A stretch of 63,492 nucleotides of DNA, the filler included, from Basidiobolus ranarum (Eukaryota): the NCBI GenBank assembly GCA_040143965.1. It is 17 parts of 17 records of this genome, joined end to end, with 100 filler letters (N's around TTAATTAATTAA, not from the genome) between each part and the next. Parts side by side here need not be neighbours in the genome. Positions count along the whole stretch, not along the records: positions 37,446 to 41,083 come from JASJQH010002365.1; positions 41,184 to 44,821 come from JASJQH010002366.1; positions 44,922 to 48,558 come from JASJQH010002367.1; positions 48,659 to 52,293 come from JASJQH010002368.1; 13 more parts are not named here. The stretch is one strand, 5' to 3'. A program made the position numbers and the translations under genes. Shown piece after piece: positions 38,075 through 52,393 of the stretch. Position 1 is the stretch's first letter. Each line of letters starts with the position of its first letter. The notes beneath the pieces were generated by a model. That model did not search any database. It saw only the letters and a program-made list of their open reading frames with translations, and was not told where the DNA came from.

Positions 38075-40100
38075 CCTTAGATCCAGCTCAGTAACCAAGA
38101 AATATGCATTTGTTGCTTTTGAGTTCCAATAGAGAGCATTTTTGAGCTGAAATTAGGCAATATGCTGAAACACTTGGTTTTGATCCATATAGGGCTTCAA
38201 ACAGAGAAGAATTCCATGGCAATCTTGTTGGGCATCTGTTATTGATATAGACTGTAGTGAATACAGATTCAGCCCAATATAAGTGATCTAACTTTTGATC
38301 ATATAACCATGATCTTGCTATCTGCCTATAGTCCTATTAGTATGTTCTGCAACTGCATTTTGCTCTGGAGTATGAGATAAAGTAGTTTGTTGCTTAATTC
38401 CAGGTCTGGGACAGAAACTTGTAAATCTTTGCAACAGTATTCTCCACCATTGTTGTTCCTCTGTATCCTGATTTTTTGTGCTAATTCTTTCCCCACCTTT
38501 GCTCTGTTATGCTTGAATATGGCTAAGGCTTCAGATTTTGACTTGAGTAAGAATTACTGAGTATAGCTTGCTTTTTATTAATAAAAATCATAAAGTAACT
38601 TGTGCCACCTAGTAAGATATCTTTCATGGGGCCCCATAGGACAGAAGGAGTAAAAGCAAAACTCTGAGCAGATTTGATCTCTCCAGAGCTTGAAAATGGC
38701 TGCGTGTGATGTTTTCTCTATGTTCAACCTTTAAACAGATCCAATTCAGTGTTTTCTTCAATTTCTAAGTCAGAAATATGCTGATTTTAGATTTTTTGGA
38801 TCTGTTGTTGTTCCTCAATATGGCCAAATCTTCTGTGCCATGCATGACAGCTTGTTTCACCGGTTTTGGCCAGGTTTGCTTACTCAGAATGAAATTTGTT
38901 GATTTCTAGCTTGTATAAGTTTTGAGTTTTGATGCCATTAGCTACTTTGTTTTTATTCTGATCTGTGCCAGTGCATCCAGCCTTGCTGAACACAAAGTTT
39001 GGGCTTGAGTTGTTGCTTTGCTTACTTAGAGTAGATTCCTGGGTATATTTGGTACATTGAGTATATCATCCAGTTTTGTGGATGGTATAGCCAAACTTTT
39101 GTCTATATTAAGCACAACAGTGCCTGTACCAATTGCGTTTTATGTATATTCATCATATAAGTAAACTTTCCTTGTTCAGAAGGGTTTTAAGCTGGAAAAC
39201 CAATCTTACTTGTTTGACATATGCTGGGAAGCTGCTGAATCAATGTACCACATTTCTCAGTCTTCCTTAGCAATTGCTAATAGGGCAGATACATATAGAT
39301 GATCCGTATCAGTGCTAACTTGATTTGCCTGTTCTGATTTTAGCTTTTTGGCAAAAATCCTTTTTTGACAATCTTTGATTAAATGGCCTGGTTTCTTGCA
39401 GTACTTGAAGTTAATTGAACTCCTATTACAGGCACTATTATCAAATCCTGTTGGATGTTTCACAGCTACAAAGAATGGTTGATCTGTATGGTTTAGCTGA
39501 GAATTAGAACTTCTTAATTCCTCACTCAAAAGACTGGCACCAACATGTTTCCATGTTAATGGCTCTGATCTCAGTTCTAAGGCAAATGTGAGGTTCGCAA
39601 ACTCATCTGGACAGCTCCCAAGTAATGTTGTGACAAAGTCATCTTCATTTAGAGAGGCTCTGGTTGATAAGAATGGATCTGCAATAGTTTTTATTCAATT
39701 TTTATTATTTACCATGGAATTATCTGAGTTCATTGGCATTAATATTAATATTTGCCTAAGATATTGCCTATTAGCCAAACTTTGAGTCTCATAGAGTCCC
39801 CCATGTGCTTCCTGAGCAGTTGGACCATTTTAAGCTGAGTGTATTCGCCTCATTTGAGAGTCTCTGTGATGTAGAAAAAGTGGAGAGCAAGTTTTCCTCT
39901 GCTTCTTGTTAAAGGCAAAGATAGGTTCTGGTGGACCCTTTAACTCTATTTCTTCTCCTGTAATAAATCTCCAAAATTATTTGTTTTCTAGCACCATTTG
40001 CATTGAGCTTTGTAGGGTGAAAGTCTTTAACATAAAACTTCTCTGTGGATGCAAAATGTTGGCAATAGTACTGGTAAACATTCCTTTAGCAGCTAGCTTG
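38075..40100 (-). mobile_element. Degenerate Ty1/Copia gag-protease-integrase
   Basis: Zinc knuckle YCKKPGHLIKDC, protease WYIDSAASQHM, WHRRFGH, integrase TPEQNAVAEHTNR. Confidence 0.92.
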
Positions 40101-40464
40101 GGGTGCATAACCTTATAAAAAGGTCTGTGGGACTTGGGAGTGGATTACACAGGATTTAGGTTTGTGAATTAGACAGTTGAGTTTTCTTGAATTGAATATA
40201 TCCTATTTATAGTTTAATATAAAATAGGACTATTAGATGTGCTTAGATTACAACAGACATCCCTGTTAAGCATGGGTGAGGATTTGAGATGAGTTGGAGA
40301 AGTCTTGAGAAAATAGTGAAAATTGGTAACAGTGATTTAACCAATATTTCTGTGAATTAGAGCAAAAAACACCTGTTTTTGAATGATAGAATTGAGTGCT
40401 TAATAATCAGAATATGATTAAAATAATCACAAAATAGTGAGTTGCTAAATAACAAATTTCAACA
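40101..40464 (-). repeat. Copia LTR family A (5' LTR, 40114-40464) with primer-binding site
   Basis: Starts TGTTGAAATT on the minus strand; followed by GGTTATGCACCC, a degenerate GGTTATGGGCCC PBS. Confidence 0.85.
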
Positions 40465-40559
40465 TGTTCCCTGTCTAATAACAGGTGAAGTTAATTGAAA
40501 AGATGCAGGCACCATGGCATCTAATTTGTAGTTGGTTTTAAAGTATTAAGATATTGATG

Positions 40560-40960
40560 GATGTAGTCTGGTGATTACACAGGTTGGTGGTTTTCACTTT
40601 TTCTTTTCAGAGTTGAAAGTAGATATAAATAGTTTTCACAAAATGCAAGCCAACTCAGATGCAGAATTAGTAAGCAAAGGTCCCAGGATTATTTGCATAA
40701 AGTTCTGGGATTGTAGCATAGGTTTGCAAAATCCATATCTCTAATTAAGATGCTTGGAGGATTTGGAAATGTTTACACAAGAATTGGACTTGTTGATAAG
40801 ACACTAAAGATTTATTGAATTGAATATGTCCTATTTATACTATGAAATAGCACTATTTGACAAACTTATAGCACAACAAACATGCTGAAAGAGCAGAGGT
40901 GAAATTTTGGGGTGATTTTGAGATGTTTTGCAGAAAGAGTGAAGATAACCATGCCAGCAT
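40560..40960 (-). repeat. Older diverged LTR remnants (A-like abutting B-like)
   Basis: Contains ATAAATAGGACATATTCAATTCAA (family A) and CCTGGGACC...AGTGAAAACCACCAA (family B). Confidence 0.65.
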
Positions 40961-42379
40961 AATCTGCTATGCATTTGTAGAGCTCCTATAATTCCCATTG
41001 AGTGTTTATCATTTGTACCATATGCTAGAGTGATTTTTGCAGTTTCCAGGCCATATTAGAGACTTCTGGGCTAACAAATCCTTNNNNNNNNNNNNNNNNN
41101 NNNNNNNNNNNNNNNNNNNNNNNNNNNTTAATTAATTAANNNNNNNNNNNNNNNNNNNNNNNNNNNNNNNNNNNNNNNNNNNNATTGAAATAAACTAAAT
41201 TGACTGTACTCAAGAATATCTATTCTTGCTTGCGCTTTCCCCTTTCCCTAACCCCCGACTCTCTTCAGCCTATCATAGTGACGTATTGCCTCATCATCAT
41301 GTGGTTACGACTCCTTTGGCTTTGCTCAGTAATTTCAGACTGAAGGTTTAAGTACGTATTCACCCTCGTAATATAATCCAAGATACCATTCCGGATATTG
41401 ATGCATAGGAAAAGAAAATGGATGCTAGAAGTCACATCCTGGTCTCATTCGCTTCTCTGAATGCCACAGCGAAAAAATGCAATGGCAGTCATGATGCTTG
41501 GAACCTGTCACTATGTATTCATCTCATCGAGCTTGCTGTATTTTTGCTTGACTGTAGGGAGAACTGTCACAATATCCACCACTCCTAGTTGCGGATCTGA
41601 TTACGATGCAGTGGGACCATTCACGAGTTTAGTTTCCGTTTCTGGTGTTTGTTTCATGGATACTTTCTGATAACAATTAATCAACATGAGTGCTAACACT
41701 AAACTAATTTGGCCAGTGATGGTGCCATGTAACAAAATCTCCAGATATTTGGGAATACGAATGCCTATAACTGAGGCAAAATGACGATCCAGTCATTGTG
41801 GATCCTCCATAGGTAATTTACCATTGCCCAATGTGGTCACCAAAAATCGCTCCTTGTTTTTGTGGCAATGCTTGTATATTACCATAGCAACATTTAGAGC
41901 ATTATTAGATTATGAATACTTGGTGAGAAATCAAATCTTGCACTAGCTTATTTTAAGATTAGCAATGACAACATCTGTGTCACTTGTAGTTCTTTCATTG
42001 AGCAAGAACCAGAGGACAGTACAAACTCAATACTAAGCCGGTATATTACTCATATGTTAAGGATGCGGCCAGACAGCTATTGGTAATTCATAAGTAATGT
42101 GGAGCATGTTGTGAGTATTTGAGAAGCATTAGAAGTGTTAGAATAGTTAGGGGAAATATGTGATTTGCACTTGTTGTTTTATTGAATCAAAAATAACTAT
42201 TTGTACTAAGAGGTAATGATAGGGATGTGTTTCTAGGGTGCTCAGAGAGTTAGGGTTAAAGTTTGGGTAGTTTTGGATGGGTTTGAAAACTTCTATCTTT
42301 TTTAAAGATTTCTGATTTCTGTCAAATATATCAAGAGTATACGTGACGGTTTAGACTTAGGAAATATTAGCAAAGTAAT

Positions 42380-43030
42380 TGTTGAAATTAGCATTGCCTA
42401 AACACCTATATAGTCATATATAGCTTAGTACTTAGTTATCTTATAATTCACTAAGATATTATCCATTATTCTCATGAGGAATTTACTTAGAATATTGACA
42501 CCAACTTAGAAGTTCTTAGATATATAGATTTTTTCAAACTTGTGCTAGAAGTCCCGATCTTTGCACATATGTTCCTGGGATCTTTCTTAACACATTCTAC
42601 ATGTTAGCTTGTTTATATCTTGACAAAATTATAAATGTCAACTTTCTATTCAATAAATCAACAAGTGAAAACAACCAATTCCTCTAATATATTAAGTGTT
42701 AGCACTGTCAAAGAGTTTTGGGAGCTTGTTGGAAGTGGTTTGGCAAACTAGAAGAATTGGTGGTTTTTACTTACTGATTTATTGAGTTCAGACTTGTAGT
42801 TGGGTTAGTAAGCAAATGTGTAGAGTGTGTTAAGGAAGGTCCCAGTAACATGTGTGCAAAGTTTGGGGCTTCTAAAACAAGTTTGAAAAAATCTATATAT
42901 CTGAGAACTTATAAGAAAATTCTGATTTCGAATATTGAGTGATACCTTAGTGTCAAGATTAATATAGCCTAAACATCTATATAGTCATATATAGCTTAGC
43001 ATTTAGCTTGTCCATATTTCACTATGTAAC
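42380..43030. repeat. Cluster of LTR B pieces: + copy 42380-42688, - copy 42706-42915, + 5' piece about 42950-43030
   Basis: Direct alignment with 19950-20283. Confidence 0.88.
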
Positions 43031-45724
43031 TGTAAAAATATTGAAACTACAAATTAGAGAGGGACACACAACAAGAGAAACTAGAAATTTTTAAAATCTT
43101 TGGATTACCAATAAAAATACACTTTTAAATGAAAAGGTAGAATGGTAACTTATTGCTATATACCCCTAAGTTACTTGCACAATTTAAATATTTTGCTTTT
43201 ACTGTAAGACTTCAACAATATTGAAGTATCAATTCATTAGTCAATTCATTAACTTTGTGATCTATGTATCATTTAGATCAAATTGTAACCTTTTCTCGAC
43301 CTCACCTGGTTAACGACTAGCTCCCTGCTCTGGGTCGCATCACACCTGCCGGTCTGTATTAGTTGCGACATCTGACTGTAACCATCATCAACTTCACTCT
43401 TCTGTGGAATGATGCTTAGCGGCAATAGAGGTATTTTAGGCTAATCAGTTGTCATGATAAACCATATCAGAAACCTTACATGGGCCAGTCTACAAACCTT
43501 ATTGATTCATACGAAGTAACTAAATATAGGAGCAGATAAAAATAACTTTTCGGATATATCGGGAATTCTAATAATATCTAAATATCTTAATACTCCAATC
43601 AGCAATAGTAGAGTAGCCTGAACAATGCTCCAAATCTGAATGTTTACAACTTCAATAATTAAAGAGCGAAAACAGAATATTTCTCCTTCTGACGTCATAG
43701 TTCATGATGAGGGCTAGCCTCATACTGAGTTGGAAACCATTGTACAATGCTTCTAAAATATTAAAAGAAATACAGGTCATTGAAAGATTTAGACCAACAT
43801 AGGCAACAAAGGAGAATATATAGTGTATAGGTAAGATGAAATATTTCCAACTGCATGCCCCTCAAATATGAATTGTATTCTGCTACCTGAAGTAGCTGCA
43901 AATTCTAATCCAACAGTTGGAGCAATGGTAGCCATTAGGATTCAAAGGAAATCCTGCAACGCCCTGCACATGGCATCTGATCAATATATATAGATTAAAG
44001 CGAATTAATTGGTGTACAGATGGAGAAATATATGTCTCAATACGCCTGAAATATTCTAATATCGCTTGGCAAACATTTTCCAAACAGGTACAACCAATCA
44101 CCGAGCCGAGCCATTTAGATTATACTCTTCTATTTATCAATGAACACTCCTTTTTGAACAAACCACTAATTCGGATAAAGGTATATATCCTCAGCCTCAG
44201 CAAGCTTGGTTGACTATTGAAAAACATATTAGATGGCTAGATTGGTCATTTTGTGATGCAAAATCACTGCTGCCATCACTCAGTTTTCTGTCAACACGCC
44301 CAAAATTCAGTGAGTAATAGAATGAAAAGCGCCTATGAGTGAGCAGAATACTACTGTTCTTGTTCCTCTGCCATTATACATAATAGACAATAAATCACTT
44401 CGATACATCCGTAGCAAATGTTGGTAGAGTAATCGGTAGCCCAACGATCAGCATAGGGCTTAACGAAGCGTGTGAATCTGTTTCAATGTATCAGTTTTGA
44501 ATGGACCTTAGAAGTTGGCAGCCTTAACCATTCTTGTTTTTGACCAATTGCTACTGCCTGTATGACTAAGTGGACGATTATAGGCACTTTGATAAGGACT
44601 CAACGCAAATCGACTTGAAGAGCGAATGAAGGAACAATAGAAATATTGGCGGAGATAAGGTGTTTGGACAGATATCTCTCTATTCATTGATCATCTGCTC
44701 AATAGTTGGCTGATTATGCAGGCCAAGAGTGTGGCATCCAGTTTGAACCAGAAAGCGTCCAAATCCGAGTACTGTTGCGCACTCGATCATCCTCAATAAT
44801 AGCCACCTGTACACGTCCAATNNNNNNNNNNNNNNNNNNNNNNNNNNNNNNNNNNNNNNNNNNNNTTAATTAATTAANNNNNNNNNNNNNNNNNNNNNNN
44901 NNNNNNNNNNNNNNNNNNNNNAAGTCCAGAAATTTGCTTCTTTTATAGAACAAGCTGAGAAGCCCTGCCTGGCCTACAAGGAATACGTGGTGGATCTTTG
45001 GCAGCAATATCTTCAGCAACACACTCCCTTTATGCTTTATGTTAATCCTAATCTCATACAACTTATTTCTATTGTTGACAAACCATTTTTACCTTAATTG
45101 CTCCCTCCCACTCCACTTAATAGTGTCTTAGACTCTGCTGATTTAACTTTTCTCCTTCACAACATTTGCACCAATACTCCAGAACTTCACACTTTGATTA
45201 AGAAACTACAAAAGTAGTTATGGCTTCACTGTTTTTTTTGCAATAAAGATTTCACAAGTTGGTGACTGTCTCCCCCCTAAATATTACACTTGGTGGTGCT
45301 TCTCATCACCTTAACTCTTGAATTAAATATTGTACCTGTTGGTGACAGTATCCCCCATGACCCTGAGATCCTCCGTTTATCCTTACCCTGCCCAACCCAT
45401 ATCGCAACATCTATACCCTAGCCCTTCACCCCAATTTAGGCTTTAAAGTATTGTTTTATTCATATATAGTCACACTCAGAACAATAAAAAATGCAAGTTG
45501 TTGGACCAGCTATGTAGTAGATTTCTAACTCAGGTGACTGGGGCTTAATTCAATAGGCAATTTACCACAGCGCTATGCTAAGATTAAACTATATTTATTG
45601 ATGGTGTGTGCCAAAAGTTTATATGAATCATAAAATTGATCTGAGACCTAGAATGAACCCCTATGTTCCTCAAACAAGCGGATGGATACACAATCTTCCT
45701 AGGGTTGCACTTAAGCTGTGCATA

Positions 45725-47909
45725 TTATTCATGCAATTTGGTATAGAGTATTTCCAAATTTTGAGGGTTACAAACAACTGATGAGCCAAATTGAATTGTT
45801 TCCTGGTGAGGGCTATTTTCTGGGAGAGAAAAAGAATATCTTCGTACTAGAGGCATGAAACTAAAGTTATGAAGTGTAGATCTAGTTTTTTGAAATCTAC
45901 AATTTACCTAGCATGGAAAGTACAATCTTCATTTCGTTCATTGCAAAGCTCTTACCAATACCTAGAGGTAGTTAATTATTAGATGTTTCAAGCAGCATAT
46001 TCCAACAATGCTTACAAAGTCGGGAGCCATTAGTAAAAGGGCACCAAGCTGGAAGATCTTGCACCTGTCCTTCAGAATTGAGCCATCTTTCCGGTTCCAA
46101 CTTAGTTGGGTTTTCCCAATAATGTTCATCTCGTTGTAAAGCATAAATGTTTAGAGTGACTAGGCTTCCTTTGGGAATAGGTATGTCGCCAAGCATAGTA
46201 TCACAAGCCGCCATTCGGGTAGGCAACAATGGTGCGGGTGGATACAGTCGCATACTTTCCTTGATGGTAGCCTCAAGGTAATTTAGCCCTAATGAATTTC
46301 AGTTAGATCAGCACATGTAAAGATAGCGCTATAGGCAAAATTACTTTTAAGCTCAACTGTTGAAGGAATATCCAGTGATGAAGTATGGGCTTTGAACTCA
46401 TGGATAACTTCGTCTCGGACTCTCTCTTGAATTGCTGGATACTTGGCTAATATATAAATAACCGACGATAGGGACGAAGCAGTTGTATCTTTCAATGAGA
46501 TATTAGTATATCCCAGTCATATTAACGGATTGGGGAGTAAAGGCTGTTACCATGGCCAGCAATACTGAGGACAATTGCCTCGTTCTAAAGCAAGCATAAC
46601 TTAGAGATTATTTTCATAAAAATATGTACCTGGTTGACTTACAAGCATTTCATCGAAGCTTAATTTTTTTTCTGTCCATGCTTCAACAAGAACAGAGAGT
46701 AAATCATTAAACTTCTGGTTGCTGGATTTGCTGTCAAGCATTTTAGCTTTATCGATCGCCAGTTTCCCTAACCAACTGCGGAAGCTTTCTACGGCTTGTA
46801 GCTCAATCTTCCTCTTTCCGAATACAAACCGATCCAATATCGGAAAGGAAATATACAACATATCGAGTGCAGCTTTTGTTGCTACATAGTATGTAGTAAC
46901 ATGTTTGCTGTCAGGGTGCCTTATAGCCTACTCAAATTTTGGTCAGCCTACTGTTGAACCCAACTAATATGAGCTTACCTCAAAGTTATATCCGTAGAGC
47001 ACTTTCCCGAGAATATCCAATGTCATTCTACAAGAGTTATTTTAGTTAATCTTGCGACAAAGACTCTCATCATTAAAAATACCCACAGCTGTACGGCATG
47101 ATACATATCAGGGATAGCTTTCTTCGTATCCAACTCCTTGAAGAATTCAAGCACTACTTCGCCAATGTTTGATGGTTCCCAACCTAATTGAAAAATTGGC
47201 CAAACAATCTCACGGCGCAACTTCCACTCCTATCAAGGTGTCATTATCATCAATGACAATTCACGAACATATAGAACTATTGTATGGCTACAACCTTACC
47301 GTTCCTGAAGAACGAGACAGATAGATAAAGAAGGTTAAAAGCAGTACCACGACAAATTGATATTTTATGCTTACGTAAAAATGATATTTGCACCTACAAA
47401 CTTGTAGTTGAGAGAAAACTTGGCTGAAGTCAGAGGAACCTTGGGAAATGTAACTAAAGCTGTTTCAAAATACTTTCAATATACAGTGGCACTGATTGGT
47501 TCATACCCGTATCTCTGTAGATCTGCTTGAAGTAATCTAACTTAGAAACCTACAGGTAAATAGGGCGATTTTGTGTTAATTTCCTCAATTACTGAAGGGT
47601 GTTATGTGTTAACTAGCTACCATCACGCCAGATTTTCCCTTGATATAGGTCTATACGATATACGGTTAGTCCAGCATATATACAAATTTGCGAAATAGTA
47701 TCTACCCGGGCAATGCCATGCTCTCGCAGTTTCGGAATAAAGTATTTTTCCATAATATCAGCTATCTCCATTCCACAAAGCATTCGAAGTGCGACAGTAA
47801 GATCAGGAATTCTAGGAAGGCTTTGGAGCTTTTTTGGGCAAGGTTCAGAAAGCCATTTGTACTTCACCAAGGCAATAAACAGAATCGAGAGTACAAGTGA
47901 GAAAAACAT
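45725..47909 (-). CDS. Cytochrome P450, multi-exon
   Basis: N-terminal transmembrane helix, I-helix AGH|DTT, K-helix KESMRLYPP, PERW and haem motif FTNGSRL|CIGKSFA split by an intron. Confidence 0.95.
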
Positions 47910-48426
47910 AATTACCAGAGTCGGTAAGTACATTAATGCAGCTTTATAAAGTATATGTGCGGTGGTATTCGTCATCAATATCACAGAGATACGGGGCTTA
48001 GTACCCGCGGATAGGAGAGAATCTGACAACTGTTCCTTCGCGGCATCACGACAGCTAGTTTAATGTTAGTAAATGCGTCATCATACAGACAATCCTTGAA
48101 CCCTCGAATTGTAATTAAATAATACCTGATTATCCCTCCTGGAACAGCTATTCATTAATAGAAATGCACTGCAGGAGGTGCACAAAAGGGTTTAAAACTA
48201 TATCAATCAGAAATGTAGATATGTTTGATCCTTCATCTGACGGTAACTGAGATCACCGGTACAATATCTGAGAGAGTATTGGTATACTATGTAAAAAAGG
48301 TCTTTTCACGGCATTGACAAAAAATGACCTACGAGAAGAGCTGTATAAAAGGAAGTCTACTAGGCTTTTCCAAAACCCAACAATACATAATTCCCCAAAT
48401 AGTCAATCTCTTCTATATATCCTGGG

Positions 48427-48558
48427 ATGCCTGTTCACAGTGAATACACAATGCCATCACAAGAGGAATGCCCAAGTGGTACCATGGTCTACGAGGTGAC
48501 TGACCAAGGACTTCAAGCTGTAAAGCTTCCGAATAGCATGGATGCATACCAATACGGT
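48427..48558 (+). CDS. Possible 5' end of an unknown gene
   Basis: MPVHSEYTMPSQEECPSGTMVYEVTDQGLQAVKLP... is open to the contig end; TATAAAAG at about 48344. Confidence 0.35.
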
Positions 48559-48749
48559 NNNNNNNNNNNNNNNNNNNNNNNNNNNNNNNNNNNNNNNNNN
48601 NNTTAATTAATTAANNNNNNNNNNNNNNNNNNNNNNNNNNNNNNNNNNNNNNNNNNNNTTGTTTAGTACTTTGGAACATGGCATATTGTTGGGCTTCACA
48701 TCCTTGGCCATGGAGAAAGAAAGGTCATCCCCCATTATCATCAGATCCA

Positions 48750-51572
48750 TTCATGAAGGTGATAAATCACTAACACTGTTGCTGGAAAGGAACACATATG
48801 GTAAGTTAGTTAATGCTTCATCATTACTTGAGTTAGTTTTTGGCACGTTAATATCTTCCAAAGTGGATAGTGGATCACAAGACTGCTCATCAATTAAGTC
48901 CTCTGTACTTACCGGTTTTTTTCCTTTTGTGCTGTCAGGCTTTGGCTTGGAAGCCAATTTTGATTTAGATTTTAAGCACTTTTTGAATTGCATTTGTATT
49001 TTTAGATGGTAAACTTGGTGTAATGAAATTGCTTAGAAGCAGCTTATAGTAATCCAAAATTGCCATCTATTACATCAAATATCTTGTAAATCCCTTGATG
49101 ACTCATCTGTGACACCATTTCAGAATCAGCTGAACATATTGATGGGCTATACCTAAAACACCCTTGCATAGGAGGTCTGTTTCTTCTACAATATCCTTCT
49201 CATGCTGCAACACAAATGTCTAAAGAAGCCCTGCTATGATTGGCACAGATTCTGATGCTATGAAATCCAGAGCATTCATAAAAAAATAATTGCAAGCATG
49301 GTCACTGTACAAGGCCACCTGAGTCCACTGAGTGTACTTTGCCTGAATGTTTTGGTAACATTGCCAAAAGTCAAGATGCCATGGAGTTACCACAGCTATA
49401 CAATCAGAATGATGGAAGTAGAAATGCAACTTTGATTAAAGCAGTAAGTCCAGACAACTTTGAGGACTTGCTGCTAGATGTTGACCTCAGTTACTCCAGT
49501 ACAAATGGTAGTATATCAGAAGTTGAAGATCAGAAGACCATCTGAAAGCCATCAAAATATTAGTGGCTTGCATTCTGCCAGGGATTTTGATGGTGAGATG
49601 GTGGCTTCTTTATAGTATTTTGTTAGTATAAATACATTTTAAAATATTGATCCTTGATTTGGCATGTGTTATTTAATTTCAAGCATTTTTTGCAAAAATT
49701 TAATTTTGAATGGCAAATTACTGGGTTTACTGCAGTTTGACTTCAAATTAATATGCATGCCTTATTGAAATATTTTAGACTTTGTATTCCAGCTATGATG
49801 AGAGTCAAAAAATATAAGAATCTTGTTGTGTTTAGTCTCTACATATGCACATACTTGACTGATCAGATATAACTTAACAACATCAATATGCTTTACCAGC
49901 AAACTAATGGTGGCAAAATTGCTAAAAATCTGAAATTTTGAATGGCACTAAAACTTGGCCAATAGCTGACTCTTGTTACCATTCACAATGAGAGTAAGCA
50001 CTTGGATTTTGGCAAATTTCTGTAAACAATTCACCCAAAATATCCCTGACTTGCAGTCAACAGATATCATGCCACAAGTAGATGTGTCATTACTTCAATA
50101 TATTATCCCATGGCTAAAACAATAATACTGCATATGTTGATCTATCACACCAAGAAGTCTGTCTTGCAGCTCTTCTAAAAAAACCATCTGATTACAACAA
50201 ATAAATTTATCCAAATTTAGAGGTACTTACTCTGTGTCCATGGATTGGGTTTTGTTGCTGTTATTTGCCTAAACAATGCACAAACCCATGAGAGCTTTGA
50301 AAAGAGCCCTTTGATGGAAGGTTAATATACTCTGAAGTCTCATTAACGCATTTCATTACATTGATGACTGATTTTGCTCATACATTGTCAATCAGAACAG
50401 CATATGGTAATACTAATAATCTTGCATGAAGCATCATTTCACCACAGGTGTGCTCTATTGTTAACTCCCAAAATGTATAGCAAGGTCCTATAATCTCTAA
50501 GTATCATGAAAGATGCAGCAGGGAATGTATTGAATGCCAGCATAGATTCAGTCTATCTTCTCAAAACCTATATTAAAGCTTTTCATATCCAATTACAAAA
50601 TCTTTGCACAGCTGCTGTATTTGCCTGAGATATGCCAATCTGAGTTGATGCCATATGAATATATTAACATTATCCCCAAAAAACTCTCAATATTTGCAAT
50701 ACTTAAGCATCAATCTTTTTGAGATACCACTCAAATATGTACAAATTGAATACTTCCAGTCTTTGCATTTGAATAAATACCCAATGAGTAGATATTGATG
50801 AGAGTCCCAGTAAAATATGATGGTATCTTGACATGTTGAAGTATTTCCCCAATCAATTCAAGCTTTGATTCTATCTCAAATGGCATATTCATATTGAGTT
50901 TTCCACTAAATAGCTGAGTAAGTATTATTGGATTGTTGTTGAAGTAAGTGCATAGTGCCTGATGGGAAGCTCTGGCTCCAACTGATCCCCTTTAGCAATA
51001 TAATCTTAGGCTTATGGCCAATACCAAGTTTGATGTTAGACTGGCTATTTGGTGAATTGATATTAGTCATCATGTTGAAATCTGACCAGGCTCTTGACAG
51101 TAAAATCATGGAGTTTGGTCTTGTATTTGTATATTTGTATTGTGTATGCCCCCCTAACAAAAATAAAATTGACTTTGATCCAGATGGGATCCACCCTTCT
51201 AAATTGCAAAACCAGCAGAGAACCATCACAATATTGATGGCTTGCATTCTGCCAGGGATTTTGATGGTGTGATGATGGATTCTTTATGGTATTTTGATAG
51301 TATTTGTGCATTTTAAAATATTGAACCTCATATTTGCCATGCATTATTTAATTTCTAGCAGTTTTTGCAAAAATCTAACTTTCAAGTAGTAAATTACTGG
51401 GTTTACTGCTGTGGGAATTTAAATTGATATGCATATCTTTATTTACATATTTTTGGCTTTGCATTCCAGTCATAGTGAGAATCGAAAAATACATGAATCT
51501 CATTATGCTTAGTCTCTACATATGCACATGCTTGACTGATCTGCATAACTCAACAACATCAATATGCCTTAC
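48750..51572. mobile_element. Nested CACTA pieces: ORF2 start (-) head-to-head with transposase start (+) at 48750-49545; transposase 3' part (-) at 49546-51150; right end (-) at 51152-51572
   Basis: SFPSGTMHLL, IPSYFTGTL, FKCKDWKY; terminus CCCTAACAAAAATAAAAT at 51152. Confidence 0.87.
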
Positions 51573-51950
51573 TATTGGGAAAATATGGGCTGTTTGGAGG
51601 AACTTTAGAATAGGGGGGTTGTGAATAGCTTTGTAAGATAATTATTTAATGTCCAGAAATAAAACATTTTTACAATTTGGTGGAAATACAGAAAACTAAC
51701 ACTGGGGTTGTGTTCAGAACATCTGTGGGAGTAAAATGAGCTATCTTTTGGGAAATTTGGATGAGTTTGAAATTTCCAATATGGAATTGCTAATTCTCAC
51801 ATTATTCACAAATAAATATTATATATGTTCCTATTTTTAGCTAAGTGATATTTGACCAAGTAATGTTAACTAACTGTGATGTGATATATGAAATAGTTAG
51901 ATGTATAACTATAGAGTTAACAAATACAATAAAGATAATAAACTTCAACA
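51573..51950 (-). repeat. Putative LTR family C
   Basis: Starts TGTTGAAGTTTATT on the minus strand; the same start recurs at 55766-55854 (+); separates CACTA from Copia RT sequence. Confidence 0.6.
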
Positions 51951-52293
51951 GAATATATCCTCTTTCAAGTCCCCATCCAAAAAAGCAGTTTTAACATCCA
52001 TTTGATGGATTTTTAAGCTGTGTTTTGCTGCTACTGCTAGTACAATTCTGTTGGAATTACATTTTGCTACATGAGCAAATATTTCATTGTAGTCCACTCC
52101 TTCCATTTCAGAGTATCCTTTAGCCACAAGTCTGGCTTTATATCTCTCTACAGATCCATCAGCTTGCTGTTTAACTTTAAACACCCATTTGCATCCAATT
52201 GATTTTTTGTTGTCTGGTAACTTAACCAAAGTCCAAGTTTGGTTATCTGTGACTGACTGATACTCCTCTTCCATTGCAGCACTTCAGAACTTT
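51951..52293 (-). mobile_element. Copia reverse transcriptase fragment
   Basis: NQTWTLV, IGCKWVFKVK, ERYKARLVAKGY, HQMDVKTAFL. Confidence 0.95.
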
Positions 52294-52393
52294 NNNNNNN
52301 NNNNNNNNNNNNNNNNNNNNNNNNNNNNNNNNNNNNNTTAATTAATTAANNNNNNNNNNNNNNNNNNNNNNNNNNNNNNNNNNNNNNNNNNNN

